Source of the DNA: Blasia pusilla
Lineage: Eukaryota
DNA length: 64,000 nt
NCBI GenBank assembly: GCA_050084515.1
Contig: CM114271.1
Location: 32,984,001 to 33,048,000, forward strand
Direction: 5' to 3'
Positions 50,018 through 62,499 of the stretch are shown one piece after another. The notes below the pieces were generated by a model. The model was not told where the DNA came from. It did no database searches and worked only from the letters and a program-made list of their open reading frames with translations. Position numbers and translations under genes: made by a program. Position 1 is the first letter of the stretch, and each line of letters starts with the position of its first letter.

Positions 50018-51058
50018 TTCTCTCTTGAAAAAGGAATTTATTGTTTTCCTAACATCATATCTCACACGTTCCATGTGACTAATAAAATGTAAAGATTTTC
50101 TCTTTTATATATATATTCATATTTTATAGAATCATAATGCATATGGCCATGCACATGAAATATATGCATCTATGTATGCTATTAACATAGGGTAGCTTCT
50201 TGATATGCAAAAGAGTCTTTGCTTGAAACATATCAATAAGGCAACAAGAAAATGGTTCCACAATACATGTTATCTCTATGTATAATACATACTCTACGTT
50301 AGTGTTTCTTTTTCTTGAGTTGGATTTCCATGTGAATGTGAGAAAATTTCCCCCAAGTTTGTACAATTTCCAACTGAGAAATAAGGGGGTGGACTTGACA
50401 TGGGCCAGAAATAGACCTCACTCCTATTCATCCTCAGGTTAGGTGAGAGTTGAGTTAAGCGAGGACGGACATTTAGGCAAAAATGATTCAAACTCCAGAG
50501 ATCTCGTTTTTCACGAGGGGTCCCCATTCTGCACACTTACAAGGCCACATGAGAGGAAAAGGGGAACCCCCTAAAACCTTACTTCACCGACAGTGGGATT
50601 CCACACATCATCGATAGGTAATAAAACACGACCACAGCAAATAGTGGCATTCCCCACCAATTGATAATGCCCTATAAGCCCATTGGCTTTAGCATGTAGG
50701 CTAAGTCATAGAAGACGAAACAAGATAGTTGAAGAAGAAAACTAATTCTTCTAGTGAAGAGATGGGCATACCAGGTAAGGAAAGCATCAAACCTCATCTA
50801 CATGGGATATAAAAGCAAATAACATGAATAAAGTTTTTTGAGGAACCTAATATGTGGTACCAAGAAGAAACTTCTCCTACTGCTCCTCTCCTACACCAGA
50901 TAGGAGTAGTGTTTCGAAGGAGTAAAACATAGAAGGGATGCCACTCCAATAGTCCCACTCCTTGCAAAAAGCCATAAAGGGTGATGGAACATAAACTTCC
51001 ATGTAAATATGAGAACCTCCAAGCAATGTCCGGGGAGAACTGGGGCTACAAGTATACT

Positions 51059-54000
51059 TGGTCGGCTGAAATCTGAAATTACCGTCGCCGCTACATTCTC
51101 CCGGTTACATTTCCGACGCATTTGAGATATTAACCGGCGATTGATTGGCCCGAAATGTGAGTGACAAAAATAGCCGGAATTTATATCACACCTACCGGAA
51201 TTTGGACGAAACGGTAAAAAAAGCCTCGGATTCCAGTTGTGGACGGATGTAGACAAGCCGGTTTGTTACGGAGAAACATTCCAGTTGCCGGAAATCTAAA
51301 ACCTATTATACACGCAAGACTTTGGGGGATGGAGTGCTTCGATCTAAGAGATCGGAGCCTTTCATCGTAGGGCAAGCCGCATGGTGCAGCAACTGCGGCT
51401 CACGCGGATTTTTTGGACTCTGGAGGGTGGAGAGCCTAGACTCGGGACTCAGGACTCGGGACTCCGTAGTCTCGACTAGGCCAGTGGGCCTCAGAGGGGT
51501 AGTGCAGGGCTACGGGCTTGCAGGGTTTGTGACTCCTGAGCCTCAGAGGGGCTTATTCTAGTCGTTCAGAACTTCAGGTCATTCAGCCTCCGCTCTCGTT
51601 CTCTCTCATTGAAGAGTTTCTTTGCTTATGCGCGGTTTTTCTCTATGACTCTGTCTCTTTGCATCTCCTCATTCCGTTATTGAGTTGGTCTACGTGTGCG
51701 CGGTTGGGTTGCTTCACTTTTTGATTGAGCTTGAGCCCTGGGCTCTTTCGCTTTTGCATCGGAGCTAGGTGCTTTTCTTTCGTGAGTCACTTTTTCTGGT
51801 CTATATCGAGCTCGGGATGCTCCGGCTTTTCATGGAGTGAGAGTTGCTCTTCAAGGAGTTGCCTTTCATTGAGTTGGGGCCCGGGGGCTGTTTTTGTTTC
51901 CAATCGTGCCGAGGCTAGGCTACCATAGCATTTTTTTGCTGCTTTGTATTAGCCCGAGGCTGCTAAATTTTTCCATTGTCAAAACAAATTCTTCAGGGTG
52001 TTGGTTTTGCTGCTTTGTTAGGAGCCCTGGTCTGCTCTAGTTTTCCATGGAGTCAAAACGTGTCCTTTAGTGAGTTCGTTGATCGAGTTGGGGCCTGTGG
52101 TCTGTTACACCTTTGCATCGTGTCAGGGCTAGGCTGGTTCACCTTTGTTGTGTCACTTTTGCATTGAGCCCGGGGCTGCTCTAGTTCTGTTTTGAGCCTG
52201 AGGTTGCTTTAGTTTTCCATTTCGACATTGCTTTTCTGGCCGGCCGTTCGAGCCCGAGGTGCTCGATTCTTTATTTCTGCTAGCGGGTACTACGCCGCGT
52301 AGCTTTGTGGTTGGGAGAATGTTTCACTTTGGGTTTCAGGAAACTCAAGAGCTCGGACGTACTGAGTCTTTGGCTTTCAGGGCTGGCCGACATTGTGTGC
52401 CAGTGTGTGGCTCCGAAAGGTAGTGCAGGGGTAGTTGGTCGGGGACTCGCCGCTCCCATTTCACTCTTCATAATGTGCTCGCTCAGCCTCGTTCTCTTTT
52501 TCATTGAGTTAGGGTTGGGGGTTGCTTCACCTTTGCATCGTGCCCGAGCTGCTTCACCTTTGTTGAGTTACTTGCTCGGAGCCCGGGGATCTTTCACTTT
52601 TGCTTCGAGCCCGGGGTTGCATCGGTTCTGCATCTTGGGGGATTGCTTCACCTTTCCTTCGTGCCCCTGTGTTTATTGCTCTCTTTCATTTTGATTCTCT
52701 GGATAGCCGCTGTATCATAGTTATGGATCAAGTTGCATGTCTTGGGGTGCTGCTCCCTTCTGGTCGCTTGCCACCCTCACAAGCTATCCGCCCATCATTG
52801 GGAGCCGGCCGTTTGGCTTGCTGGCTTCTTCTTGAGCCTGTGAGGGTACAGTAGATTGCATAACCTCTGCTCATGGTAAAGTAGGTTACTTCCACCCTAA
52901 TTTAGTATACATCCCACTCGCAATCTCATTAGCCTCTACATGGCTAAGAGGCAACGAACCATGAATGAGATGTTGTACAAGGATACTACAGAAGATAACA
53001 GTAGATCAGGATCATCATATGGGAGAGAAGTAGACCAATCGAATGCTCCTTTGGCAAGTTCAATTGGAAATATTCGATTTGTTTGGAAGGACCTATGGTA
53101 TGGCATGTTCGATTGGATAGAATTCCATGTAGAATCCGGTAGGATTTCCTACAAAGTTTGTAGATAGGGTAAGGGGAAAAGCTCCTTTGCTAGGGATGGA
53201 GCTATTAACTGTAAGGTTTCAGCCTTCAGAGATCATGGTAAGTCGAATAAGTACATGAAGCTTGCATGGGTTGCGAATGTGGGGAACAGATCCATGGCCA
53301 CAACTATAGCCACTAAAAATCGGACTTGTGATCTTGCACTTTTGACTCTGTTCAAATGTGCATATTTCATTGCAAAGGAAGCCTTGCCATTTTCAAAATT
53401 CTCAAATCTATGTAAGTTATTGATTTCTATGAATGCACCTATCGAGGCACCCATAACCAGCGACTTGTACCAAGATGAAAAAAGTTGTGCTGATATGTGT
53501 TATTATATTAGCCAAGTTATTCTTAGGAGGAACCTTTCTAAAGTGCAACAATCTCCTTTCTTTGGGATAATGATTGACGAGTCCACAAATATATCCGTCA
53601 CTGGATACCTTGTTGTATTTGCAACCTACTTAGATGAGGGCCAGGTGGAGAGTTGTTTTATAGGATTGTTACAATGTGCAGAGAACTGTTCAAATGAAAT
53701 CACTAACAATTTATTGGAGTTGATAAAGGATTTGGAACTAGAGGGATCAAAACTGGTGGCCTTTGGATCTGATGGAGCTTCCACCATGGTAGGAAGCCAA
53801 AACAGAGTAGCCTCTTAGCTAAAATAGAAGTTAAATCCTTTTATGTTATCTGCGCATTGTGTGGCTTACAAGACAAACCTGGCTGCTTTAACATCAACAA
53901 AAGGTGTAGGGTGTAAAGATATATCTATAGAAATAGATTCAATCTTGAATGCAATAGTTGGATATTTTAAAAGGTCTTCTAAGAGGAAGTGTGGTCTTGC

Positions 54001-55651
54001 AACTTTGCAAGAGAGGTTGAACGATTCTCAGAAAGTGATGAAGAGGTACCACAAAATTCGTTGGTTGTCACATTGGCAGACTGTTACTTGTTTATGTGAC
54101 TCATTGGAATCTATCCTTACATATTTTAGAGATATCTCGCCCTCTGAAGATGATGGTAATGCTACCAATTTTTATAACAAACTCAGATCATTTCAAATGA
54201 TCTATCAGTTGTATTTTTTGGCAGATATTTTGTGTCTTCTTGCTAACTTGAGTAAGGTGTTCCAATATAAGTTTGTAGATGTTAGTACCATAGGTAGTAT
54301 AGTGACTTCTGAAATAGCTTCCATAACAATGAATGGAGAACCCTGATCTGAATGCCTCCACTTTCTCTGAAGAAATTGGTTATCACATTCTACTTGACTT
54401 TGGTCCTCTAGGGGGTTATTTGAAACGTTTACAATCTGAGATTAGGGGCAGAAAGTTCCATAGCATAGAAATGTTGAGGAATCAAACACGGAAGGATCTA
54501 GAGGTTGCCTTGTTGTTTTAAAAGAATTTTTCTCAGAGTGTTTGTGTAGCTGTACGAGATCGGTTCAAGGATAACGACTTGATTAGTGCTATGAGGATAA
54601 TGAATCCTCTACACGTGCCTTCAAGGCAAGTGGGACTGAATAGTTGGGGTTGTAAGGAATTGGATGATCTCTGTACACATTTTGGGATAGACTTACCCTT
54701 CAAAGGTCATTTGCAACCTTCTTTACTAAGTGTAGGAGCTGTGAAACAAGAGTTTCAATCATTTAAGCTCATGGCCACCACAGAGTGGAAAGATAGGAAC
54801 TTCAAGGACTTGTGGGCTATGGTAAGTTGGAGCCCGTCCTTGCAATGTAAGTTCTCTAACTTGCTCATTTTAACCAATATTGCTAGGGTACAGTGTGTTA
54901 GTACTGCTATTTGTGAGAGAGTCTTCTATGTGCATAATGTGATTAAGACTAAAAGTAGGAATAGATTAATGACAAAACATTTGAATGTTGTTCTTAGGAT
55001 TGCCTTAAAAGGGAAAATAGATGATTATGAAGCTTTGTTGGTTGAATCTGTAGTTCTTTAGAAGAATTCAACACACTTTAGGTATGTGTATGTCTATCCT
55101 GAGAAATATATTTTTAAGATAAAAATTCCACCAGAGGTTCGTGTAAATTTAGATGCTTTAGACCCGAGTGAAGTTGTTGTGGATGGTAAGATGAGGGGGA
55201 AAAGTTTAGGGTTAGGGTTAAGGGGTCCCTTTTCTAATACATTGAAGATTTTCTTAAAAAGTTTCAATCTATTATGGAGGGTAAGATCCTTGGCTCCTTG
55301 GAAGCTTAGCCAGGTTCAAAAAATTCAAAAAATTCCTGTCAAAGATGATTTAGTAAAAAAAGTCTGAAATGAATCTTTGCAATAAAATTGAATTTGGGAA
55401 GAGGCTGAAGTCCGTTAGAAATGATGAAAATGGTCAAAAGAGGCCAGGAAAAAATTTCCGGTTAGTACTTCAAAATCCATGATATCAGCCTAACAACATT
55501 CTGAGTAATCAGAAATGAACTGTGGAGAAAATTAAAATTTCGGAAAATTACTGGAAAATTAAAGAAAAACCCAGAATTTCCCGGGGATTTCAAATGTTTA
55601 CCTTTTGAAATCGGTTAAAAATTTCAAATTACGGGTATATTCAACCTACTG
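51059..55651 (+). mobile_element. hAT DNA transposon (ZNF862-like transposase); ends approximate
   Basis: Contains the transposase below. Weak candidate TIRs are tggtcggctgaa (51059-51070) and ttcaacctactg (55640-55651), an 8/12 match. Subterminal regions are rich in ccgg/ccgaaat-like motifs. No matching 8-bp TSD was seen. Confidence 0.65.
52940..55061 (+). pseudogene. hAT transposase pseudogene (TTF-type zinc finger, DDE core, hAT dimerisation domain)
   Basis: Motifs: FFGIMIDEST, FGSDGASTMVG, HCVAYKTNLA, RWLS, STAICERVF....VIKTKSRNRL. Stops at 53165, 53816, 53825, 54519 and 55059, and one frameshift near 54335. Confidence 0.9.
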
Positions 55652-58600
55652 CAAGAAACTTACCCCCCGGACCTTGCATCCACGTTGGTCCGCAATCAGG
55701 TCTGTCCGACAGTCCGAGCCGTTTTCAGGATCGCACGTCCAATCTAAAGAAACGAAATGTCTCCCAAGAATCTGGAGATGCTGCACTTAACCAGGAGCTG
55801 AGGGGAGGGGAGGGCGGGCCAGATCTAAGGTAACACTGCGGACAGGATCGCACCTACGACGACAATGAATGAATGCGCACACGTAATGACAGAAAAATGT
55901 CTCACCAGAATCCCCACTTTACCTCTTACGCAGATTCGTCGTCACAGCGCGGTGTGTCCAGTATCGCACAGATCGCATCTAACACGACAAATGCGCAGCT
56001 CGTGAACGCAACCTACAACCCTCAGAACTAGAATGTGTACGCTCTCTCACTTCTCCGGATCGACCGATGTGACTGGAATGTGTCCAGAAGTAGGGCCCGC
56101 ATTGGATCTTGTAGCGGTGAAACCGGAACCCGTGATTCCGGATTTTCGGGCACTTTACGAAGAAACCGGAGAGATTCTCAGCCCGAGTGCAAAACCACAC
56201 CGCGAGGAACTTCAATAGACGTTTCTGAGAATCTGAAAGAAACGTCTTCAGTACAGAGTACGGTACCACTCGTGACCATCTCCACGATGAAGCTCTGAAT
56301 GCCATGTAGAATTGTCACGTCACTTCTCGACCGGATGGAGAGAGAATACGGTTCTCCGCAAAATACTTCAAATGTGCCGATATTCTGATGGAGTGCGTTC
56401 AGAAGTGAGTCGCGACTTGTTTCACGAATTCATGACTCTTATCCGCATAGATTCCATGGATTTTTCTGCAATGTCACGTATCATTCGTCTGATGCGTGAG
56501 ATTGAGAAACATACGAAGATTGGTATATGGAATTACCTTCCCCCTGTTGAAGATCAGTTACCACAACTGGTCCTTCAAAATGGTGAAGTAGGTTTGTGCC
56601 TAGAGACGGTCTAACCTCGAAGGCGCGAACTAGCTACATTATATGAATGTAGCATTATGTGAATTTTTTGGAATTTTTCCATTATATTAGCATATTTTTT
56701 ATTATATTAGTATCTCTAGCATTGACTACATTCTTTCCACATTTCAGATTCTCAATATTTGGTGCTTCCCATTAACTTGTTCAAAAGACCGGTGTAATAT
56801 GTTTATTTGATTACACCGGTCATATTTTCGAGTAGGTTTGGCAATGTTAGTACTGGCATCTGCTTCTTCTCTTTCCAAACCACGAGTAATGCATACGTTC
56901 TCAGATCCTGCGTACCTTCGATTCTTAAATTCACAAGGGAAAAGGAACGGCCCTAAAAAGTTCCACAGCTTTTGCACATGCCACTGACGAGACGCGTCAC
57001 GCATATCACCTGGGCTGACTTCTTAAGCGTGTGTAACGGTTCGATATAAAGTGCTTGAAAAGTGGGAAACAGAACTGTGCAGATGTGACAAATCTGTTCC
57101 CTGGCAGTTTCGATCCATGACGTCTAGTTCTCGTGGATTGACTTGTAATTTGCCATTGCGAGGACCTTTTTCGATTAAGGTACATTATTTCACAAGAAAA
57201 TAAAAACGAGAGGCACGAGGAACGAGGAAAAACCGGTAGTGTAGTAAGAGGCAAACGAATCGGCCGGGCGGAACGAGGGGCCAATGCGAAGGGCGACTCT
57301 TTCATCAAATGCAAATTGACTAGACTGATAATCCTCACAGCTATAAATTCTACCATTTCATCTCATTGTAGCTATGCACGTTGTCAGACATACAGGATCC
57401 TGCCGAACGACAGCCCTCTGGGATATGTAAGACACCAAGAAAGCTTTAGACCCATAGCAAAACCAGACCTGAGGAGATTATCAGTATCAAAAGCGTAGGT
57501 TTATTAATTTTACTTGATTCATGTCGATTGATGTCATTTAGTTATCTGGCTCACCGTAGATATCTTCATTGATCCGTAAGTATCTCGTCGAATCTCCATG
57601 AATGATGAGGTAGCCTCATATATAACCTGCAAGGTGCCGAGGTCGTCTTGAATACAAACGGTTCCGTTGGTCAAACTTATTGCACGACCTGTACACTTGA
57701 ATCTATTTCAGATAACACACGTCGGGAAAGAATCAGCAGATATATACGACTAGGCGCATAAAACCTAATCAGATCAGATCAACGCTAATAGCTTGTTGGT
57801 ATTTGCGTACGAGTTCTTATAACAAGCTACTGTCCTGTCCAATCCTTGGCATACTGAGAGGTCATCTGCAGCTGGTATGAGGATTTCTTACTTCCTAGAG
57901 CATGCTCTTATGAACACAGTACCACGAATGCAATGCAATTACATCTGAAATCGCGTGCGGACACATGGAGCAGGTGATTACATTCAAGCGATCGTGGAGA
58001 TCATGGTCAAATGATAATAAAGGACATTATACTATAAAGAAAAAGCAATATTTACCTGAATTAATTTGCCTAACGATCTAAAGTCTAAAGAGATCAAATA
58101 TTATCGTCTCAGTAGCACTGTCCTCGCCATGTCGAAATCCGAGAACAAGTAGAGCAAGGTTTCTGAAGAGATATCTGACTTTATTATGCACGTGATGTCT
58201 AGTCCCAACCAATGTATGTCACGACGTGTTACTACGATAACAAGTGTAGACAGTCGTCTTCGTGTAGAGAGTCGTGAGTGACTAGACAAGGCGTACCGAG
58301 TATCCAAAGTGAGCAAATGATGTAGCGCTGAATAATCCACCTGCAAAACCTTGCAAGCAGCGTGCATACCCTATATCTCGTGATTTTGAGTAGTCGTGGT
58401 CAGCAATCATTTCCGCGCGTAATATTACAGTCTTGTAGGGATGATTTTCGAGAGGTTCGAAGCGCTGCAGTTATATTATTCGTCGACTACAGCCGTCCGT
58501 CTAGACTTTCCTCGAACCTCTGCAGTCACAATGATCGTCGACAATGGCCATCTAAATCTTTCCTCGATTGTCAAAATCGTCCCAAGGCTGGCCCAAGTTG

Positions 58601-58809
58601 GCATGACCAACGTCATGATCGAAGGAAAACAGTTCAATCCTATGAATTGAACATGCCAACTAGAGTCCGTCATGGCACTTTCTCGAATTTCTTTTGTTGA
58701 AGCTGTCCACTTAGGAATCCATGGTTATTGAACTCCACTATTTCGGGAAACGATGAAGAACGAGTTTGTTACGTCGCTCCGACCGATCTTACTTTCAGTC
58801 TAGACCGGG

Positions 58810-58850
58810 CATGAAATAGGACTAGACTTTCAGTCTAGTCCTATTTCATG
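58810..58850. repeat. Perfect 19-bp stem with a 3-nt loop
   Basis: catgaaataggactagact-ttc-agtctagtcctatttcatg. Confidence 0.95.
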
Positions 58851-59047
58851 ACCACATGGTTCAAGATATTATGTCAGTAGAGCTTATGCCAACTATGTCC
58901 TGTCTTGGCCCTCTATTAAGCCTAAATCCGCTGTCAGATTCTTTGCGGTTGCTTTCCCACTGCCCTGAGATGGTGACACACAAAGATAAAACATGCCACT
59001 GCAGGACAAGTAGTTACTGTCAGATTTGTTCCTAATTGTTAGATGAA

Positions 59048-59344
59048 TCCATGAATACAGGTTGACAGGGAGGTTGCGATAATGCCGGGAGAAAAAAAAT
59101 CTTAGATGGACATGGAGGGGTCGATTAATGAATGAGCAAGCATTCATGTCGATGCATGGACTCCTCAGACGCCGCCGCCACTCGTTACATTTCCTCCATG
59201 AATACAGGTTGACAGGGAGGTTGCGATAATGCCGGGAGAAAAAAGATCTTAGATGGACATGGAGGGGTCGATTAATGAATGAGCAAGCATTCATGTCGAT
59301 GCATGGACTCCTCAGACGCCGCCGCCACTCGTTACATTTCCTCC
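59048..59344. repeat. Near-perfect 147-bp tandem duplication
   Basis: Units start at 59048 and 59195 and differ at one site seen by eye (gaaaaaaaat versus gaaaaaagat). The duplication appears as a 49-aa repeat in ORF 58893-59294. Confidence 0.95.
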
Positions 59345-62300
59345 GAGCACCGTCGAATTAAGTTGTTCACAGACCATAAGAGCCTCCCCGGAATCATAGA
59401 ACAGTGGTAAACTCTGACCTACACAGGTCTATGGCTGATTGATATATTCCTGCACAGCTCATGTGGAACGCCCTTCAGATGCTATTAGGTGAAGAATCAA
59501 TGCGCAGAATCCTGAAAATTGATCAAGAGATCTGATAATAGTGGCTAGAATCGTAGTTTACCCAGTGGTTTCAGCTTTGCCTTCCATCCAGTGCCTGCGA
59601 GGCTACAACGGAGATTATGTACTTCAGACATGTATCCGATCGCGCACATTTCAGCTTTACATCGACATAGGCGATGCCCTTCTAGGAAGGAAAATGAAGA
59701 TATATCACGAAAGGGACTAGGACCTGGTTAAAGATCCCCATGTAGCCCGATATGCGATCAGAAAACTCTTCGTCCTCGCAGTTAGATGCTTAATTTTCAA
59801 AGGCAGAAGAGCAAAGCGTGAATGATTTTGAACATTTTTTGTGGTCTGGAGGTACCCTTTCCACGGGCGATGCTACTCTTCCGACTGACTTCTGCAGAAA
59901 CGTTGGCAGCTAACGGGAGAATCAGAGTCGTACTGGTTAGCTATCATGTTCGCGCACGGGATGAAGTTTCTTTCAAGCAGCTGGCTGCCGGCCTGTCATA
60001 CCAGCATAGGAATTATCTACATGGACTCCTATCAGTCAACTAGAGATTGCCACCTACTATCTAGTGAGGAATAATCGACATATTGAGCACGCAATGTCAT
60101 GCATATGAAACTGTGCGTATACTGGTACCTGACTTGAATCCAGGGCAGGCCATGAGCATATTCTATAAACTGCTTCTCACGTGCCACTGACTCTTTCAAG
60201 TACGATCGGGACAACCGACAGTATCTGTACACATCGAGTACATGACTCCCTCTCACATCGACTCGCTAGCCACCGCAGGCGTCGTTCGAGGAGTATGTAC
60301 ACAACGGCGACCTTTACGCGCGTTGAGGACCTGCAATCGCAAATTAGGACAAGACTATACGGTGATGTATCTCTCACTGGCAGGCTTCAGAATTACTTAG
60401 TTAAGCCCTGTTCATCCAACAACTCAACTTAGATGAATCTTTGGTGGTGCCAACCTACACTAGCTAGCTATCGAAGTGGTACTTACACCTCGCTAAGACT
60501 TCTATAACAAGCATCCGCTACGGGAACTACGAGCTGACGATCTTTCTCAGACCAATGAGTTCGAAAAGTTCTCGCAGATCTGCAAGCACACTAAGGAAAG
60601 GGTCAGCTAGCAGCAGATGATAAATGCAGGACATGAATAAAAGAAGATGAGGGCAGCAGAAGACAGAGTCTCGCATACTCTGCGAGCTCTCCATGTTCCT
60701 ATCCCGGCCTAGGACGGGAGTGGGAGCTGTGGTGACCTCGGAGATGGAAGCTGCTCTTTGAAGCCTTGAGAGTGCTCGGTTGGTAGATAAGGTTGTTGAG
60801 TGGTGGGTCGGTGCGGTCGAAATCGTCCATTTTTTAATTTCTTATTCTAACCACACTCAGAAGCGAGAAGCGGTCAAAGGAGGGCGTGCTGCGCTGGTCA
60901 AAAGAGCTATTGCTTTGCTCCGCTATAAATGGCATTGAATGGACTTGTCCTGTCAGGTCACAAGGCTGGCACCCATACAACAATAGCTAGCTAGCTCCAG
61001 CCCGTACAACAGTTTTCCACTGGTTGGACACTCCCACCACTTCCCTTGCAGCAAACTCTTGCATGGCCTCTGCCAAGATTCGCGTCGACAAGCCTTAGGG
61101 TCTCATGGTGTGCATTATGACAAACGTACAATATTTCCCTTCATGTCGCGACAATTGGCATGGAAGAAAACATGCACAGTGCACACACTCATGTCCGAGT
61201 TTCTCTTTCCCAGCCTCTTCTGGCTCTTCATTTGTGCGGTTCTCTCTTTCCTGTAGCTTATGCATGACTCATCAATTCAAGGGATCTGCTGTAGCTCGTG
61301 ACACATTCACCCGTAGCCCATCATGGACTTCGCGCGACTGCCATGTCAACAAGAAATGTATGCTCGAGCGGCTTGGCAGCAGCAGCGTCGGCCCGAGCGA
61401 GCGAACTTGTCAAGCACTCATCCTCCTCGATCTTGAATGCATCCCCCAAGAATCACTAAGCAGTACCAGCGTTGACTACGATTCACTTCCCCACACACAA
61501 TCCCAGGATTCCCTGAGACAGATCTTAGTATCTTACGTGCAAGCTTCGTCAATCCCGCGGCTCTCAACCTGTGCTCAATAATTTGTCCGGCCTCGCACCT
61601 GTATCTATACCTTGCGCCTAGCATGCTCGATCGCTTGCTCGCTCGCACATAAGATGTCCGTGCAGTGTACTCCCGGAAGCAACGTCGGTGTCTTGCGCGC
61701 TCCCCAGTGGAGTCGTGGACGCTGCCGCGCCACCGCTCAATCCTAACCCAACCGCGCTCTTTCACGCCCCGCGGCGCCTACCGGTGGCAGCGTCTCTCCG
61801 ACACGGGGCAGCATCTGGATCGCTCCAACATGGACTAGGTAGATTCTAGATAGATAGACGCTCGGCACCGCCAAGCGAAGGGCGATGATACTGGGCGCTC
61901 TAAATAAAATAATAAAATAAACACGGATCCCGTAATATCTCAATTAGACTATTCTCGGGGAGTGAGCTACACGCGCCACGCCCTCTTTCGCTTTGGTCGT
62001 GAGAGACATCCCCATGGGTGACCCCTGTGGGCCATTACTATTGCTTAGTTTCATGGGGGCTAGTCGGTGTACCAATGCCAGCGTTAGCTCGTTTGGGACC
62101 GCTATTATAATATGGGGATGTTCTAAATTGGGGCGTGATTTAAGTGGAGCTACTGCATTTCTTCACGATCAAGTTTGGGAGTTCTTGATTCGTCAGGCCG
62201 AGATCCGAATGCGATAGATTTTGCTTTTTTTTCTCCATCATGTTTATCACCTCTCGAATTGTTGGGACGTGGTTTACCTGGAAAGATTTTCCTTTTCCGA

Positions 62301-62499
62301 ATATGGAGAAGAGTATGGTTATTAATTTGAATCTTTTATATAAATAGCATGTTTCTATGTGGTGTTGATAAAGTATATTTTGTCGCTCCCGGACATGCAT
62401 GCTTCCTAGGCACTCTACGTGCCTAGGAATGTCACACCCACGCATGTAAATTTTGTATGGAGGATATATATATATATATAATCCTAATTATGAACCCCT

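Noticed and set aside
55204..55224. TTAGGG-type telomere-like repeats (also at ~46998-47010)
   Set aside because: Only 2-3 units, which is common as telo-box-like or chance sequence. Not evidence of a telomere or of the organism's telomere motif.
58441..58650. DNGHLNLSSIVK resembling a KilA-N/APSES motif, which would support a viral origin
   Set aside because: Only a few residues match and the rest of the domain is not evident. It needs an HMM search before any claim.
62403..62429. 11-bp perfect hairpin ttcctaggcac-tctac-gtgcctaggaa
   Set aside because: It could be a Helitron-type terminal hairpin, but no properly placed CTRR end or associated element could be defined.
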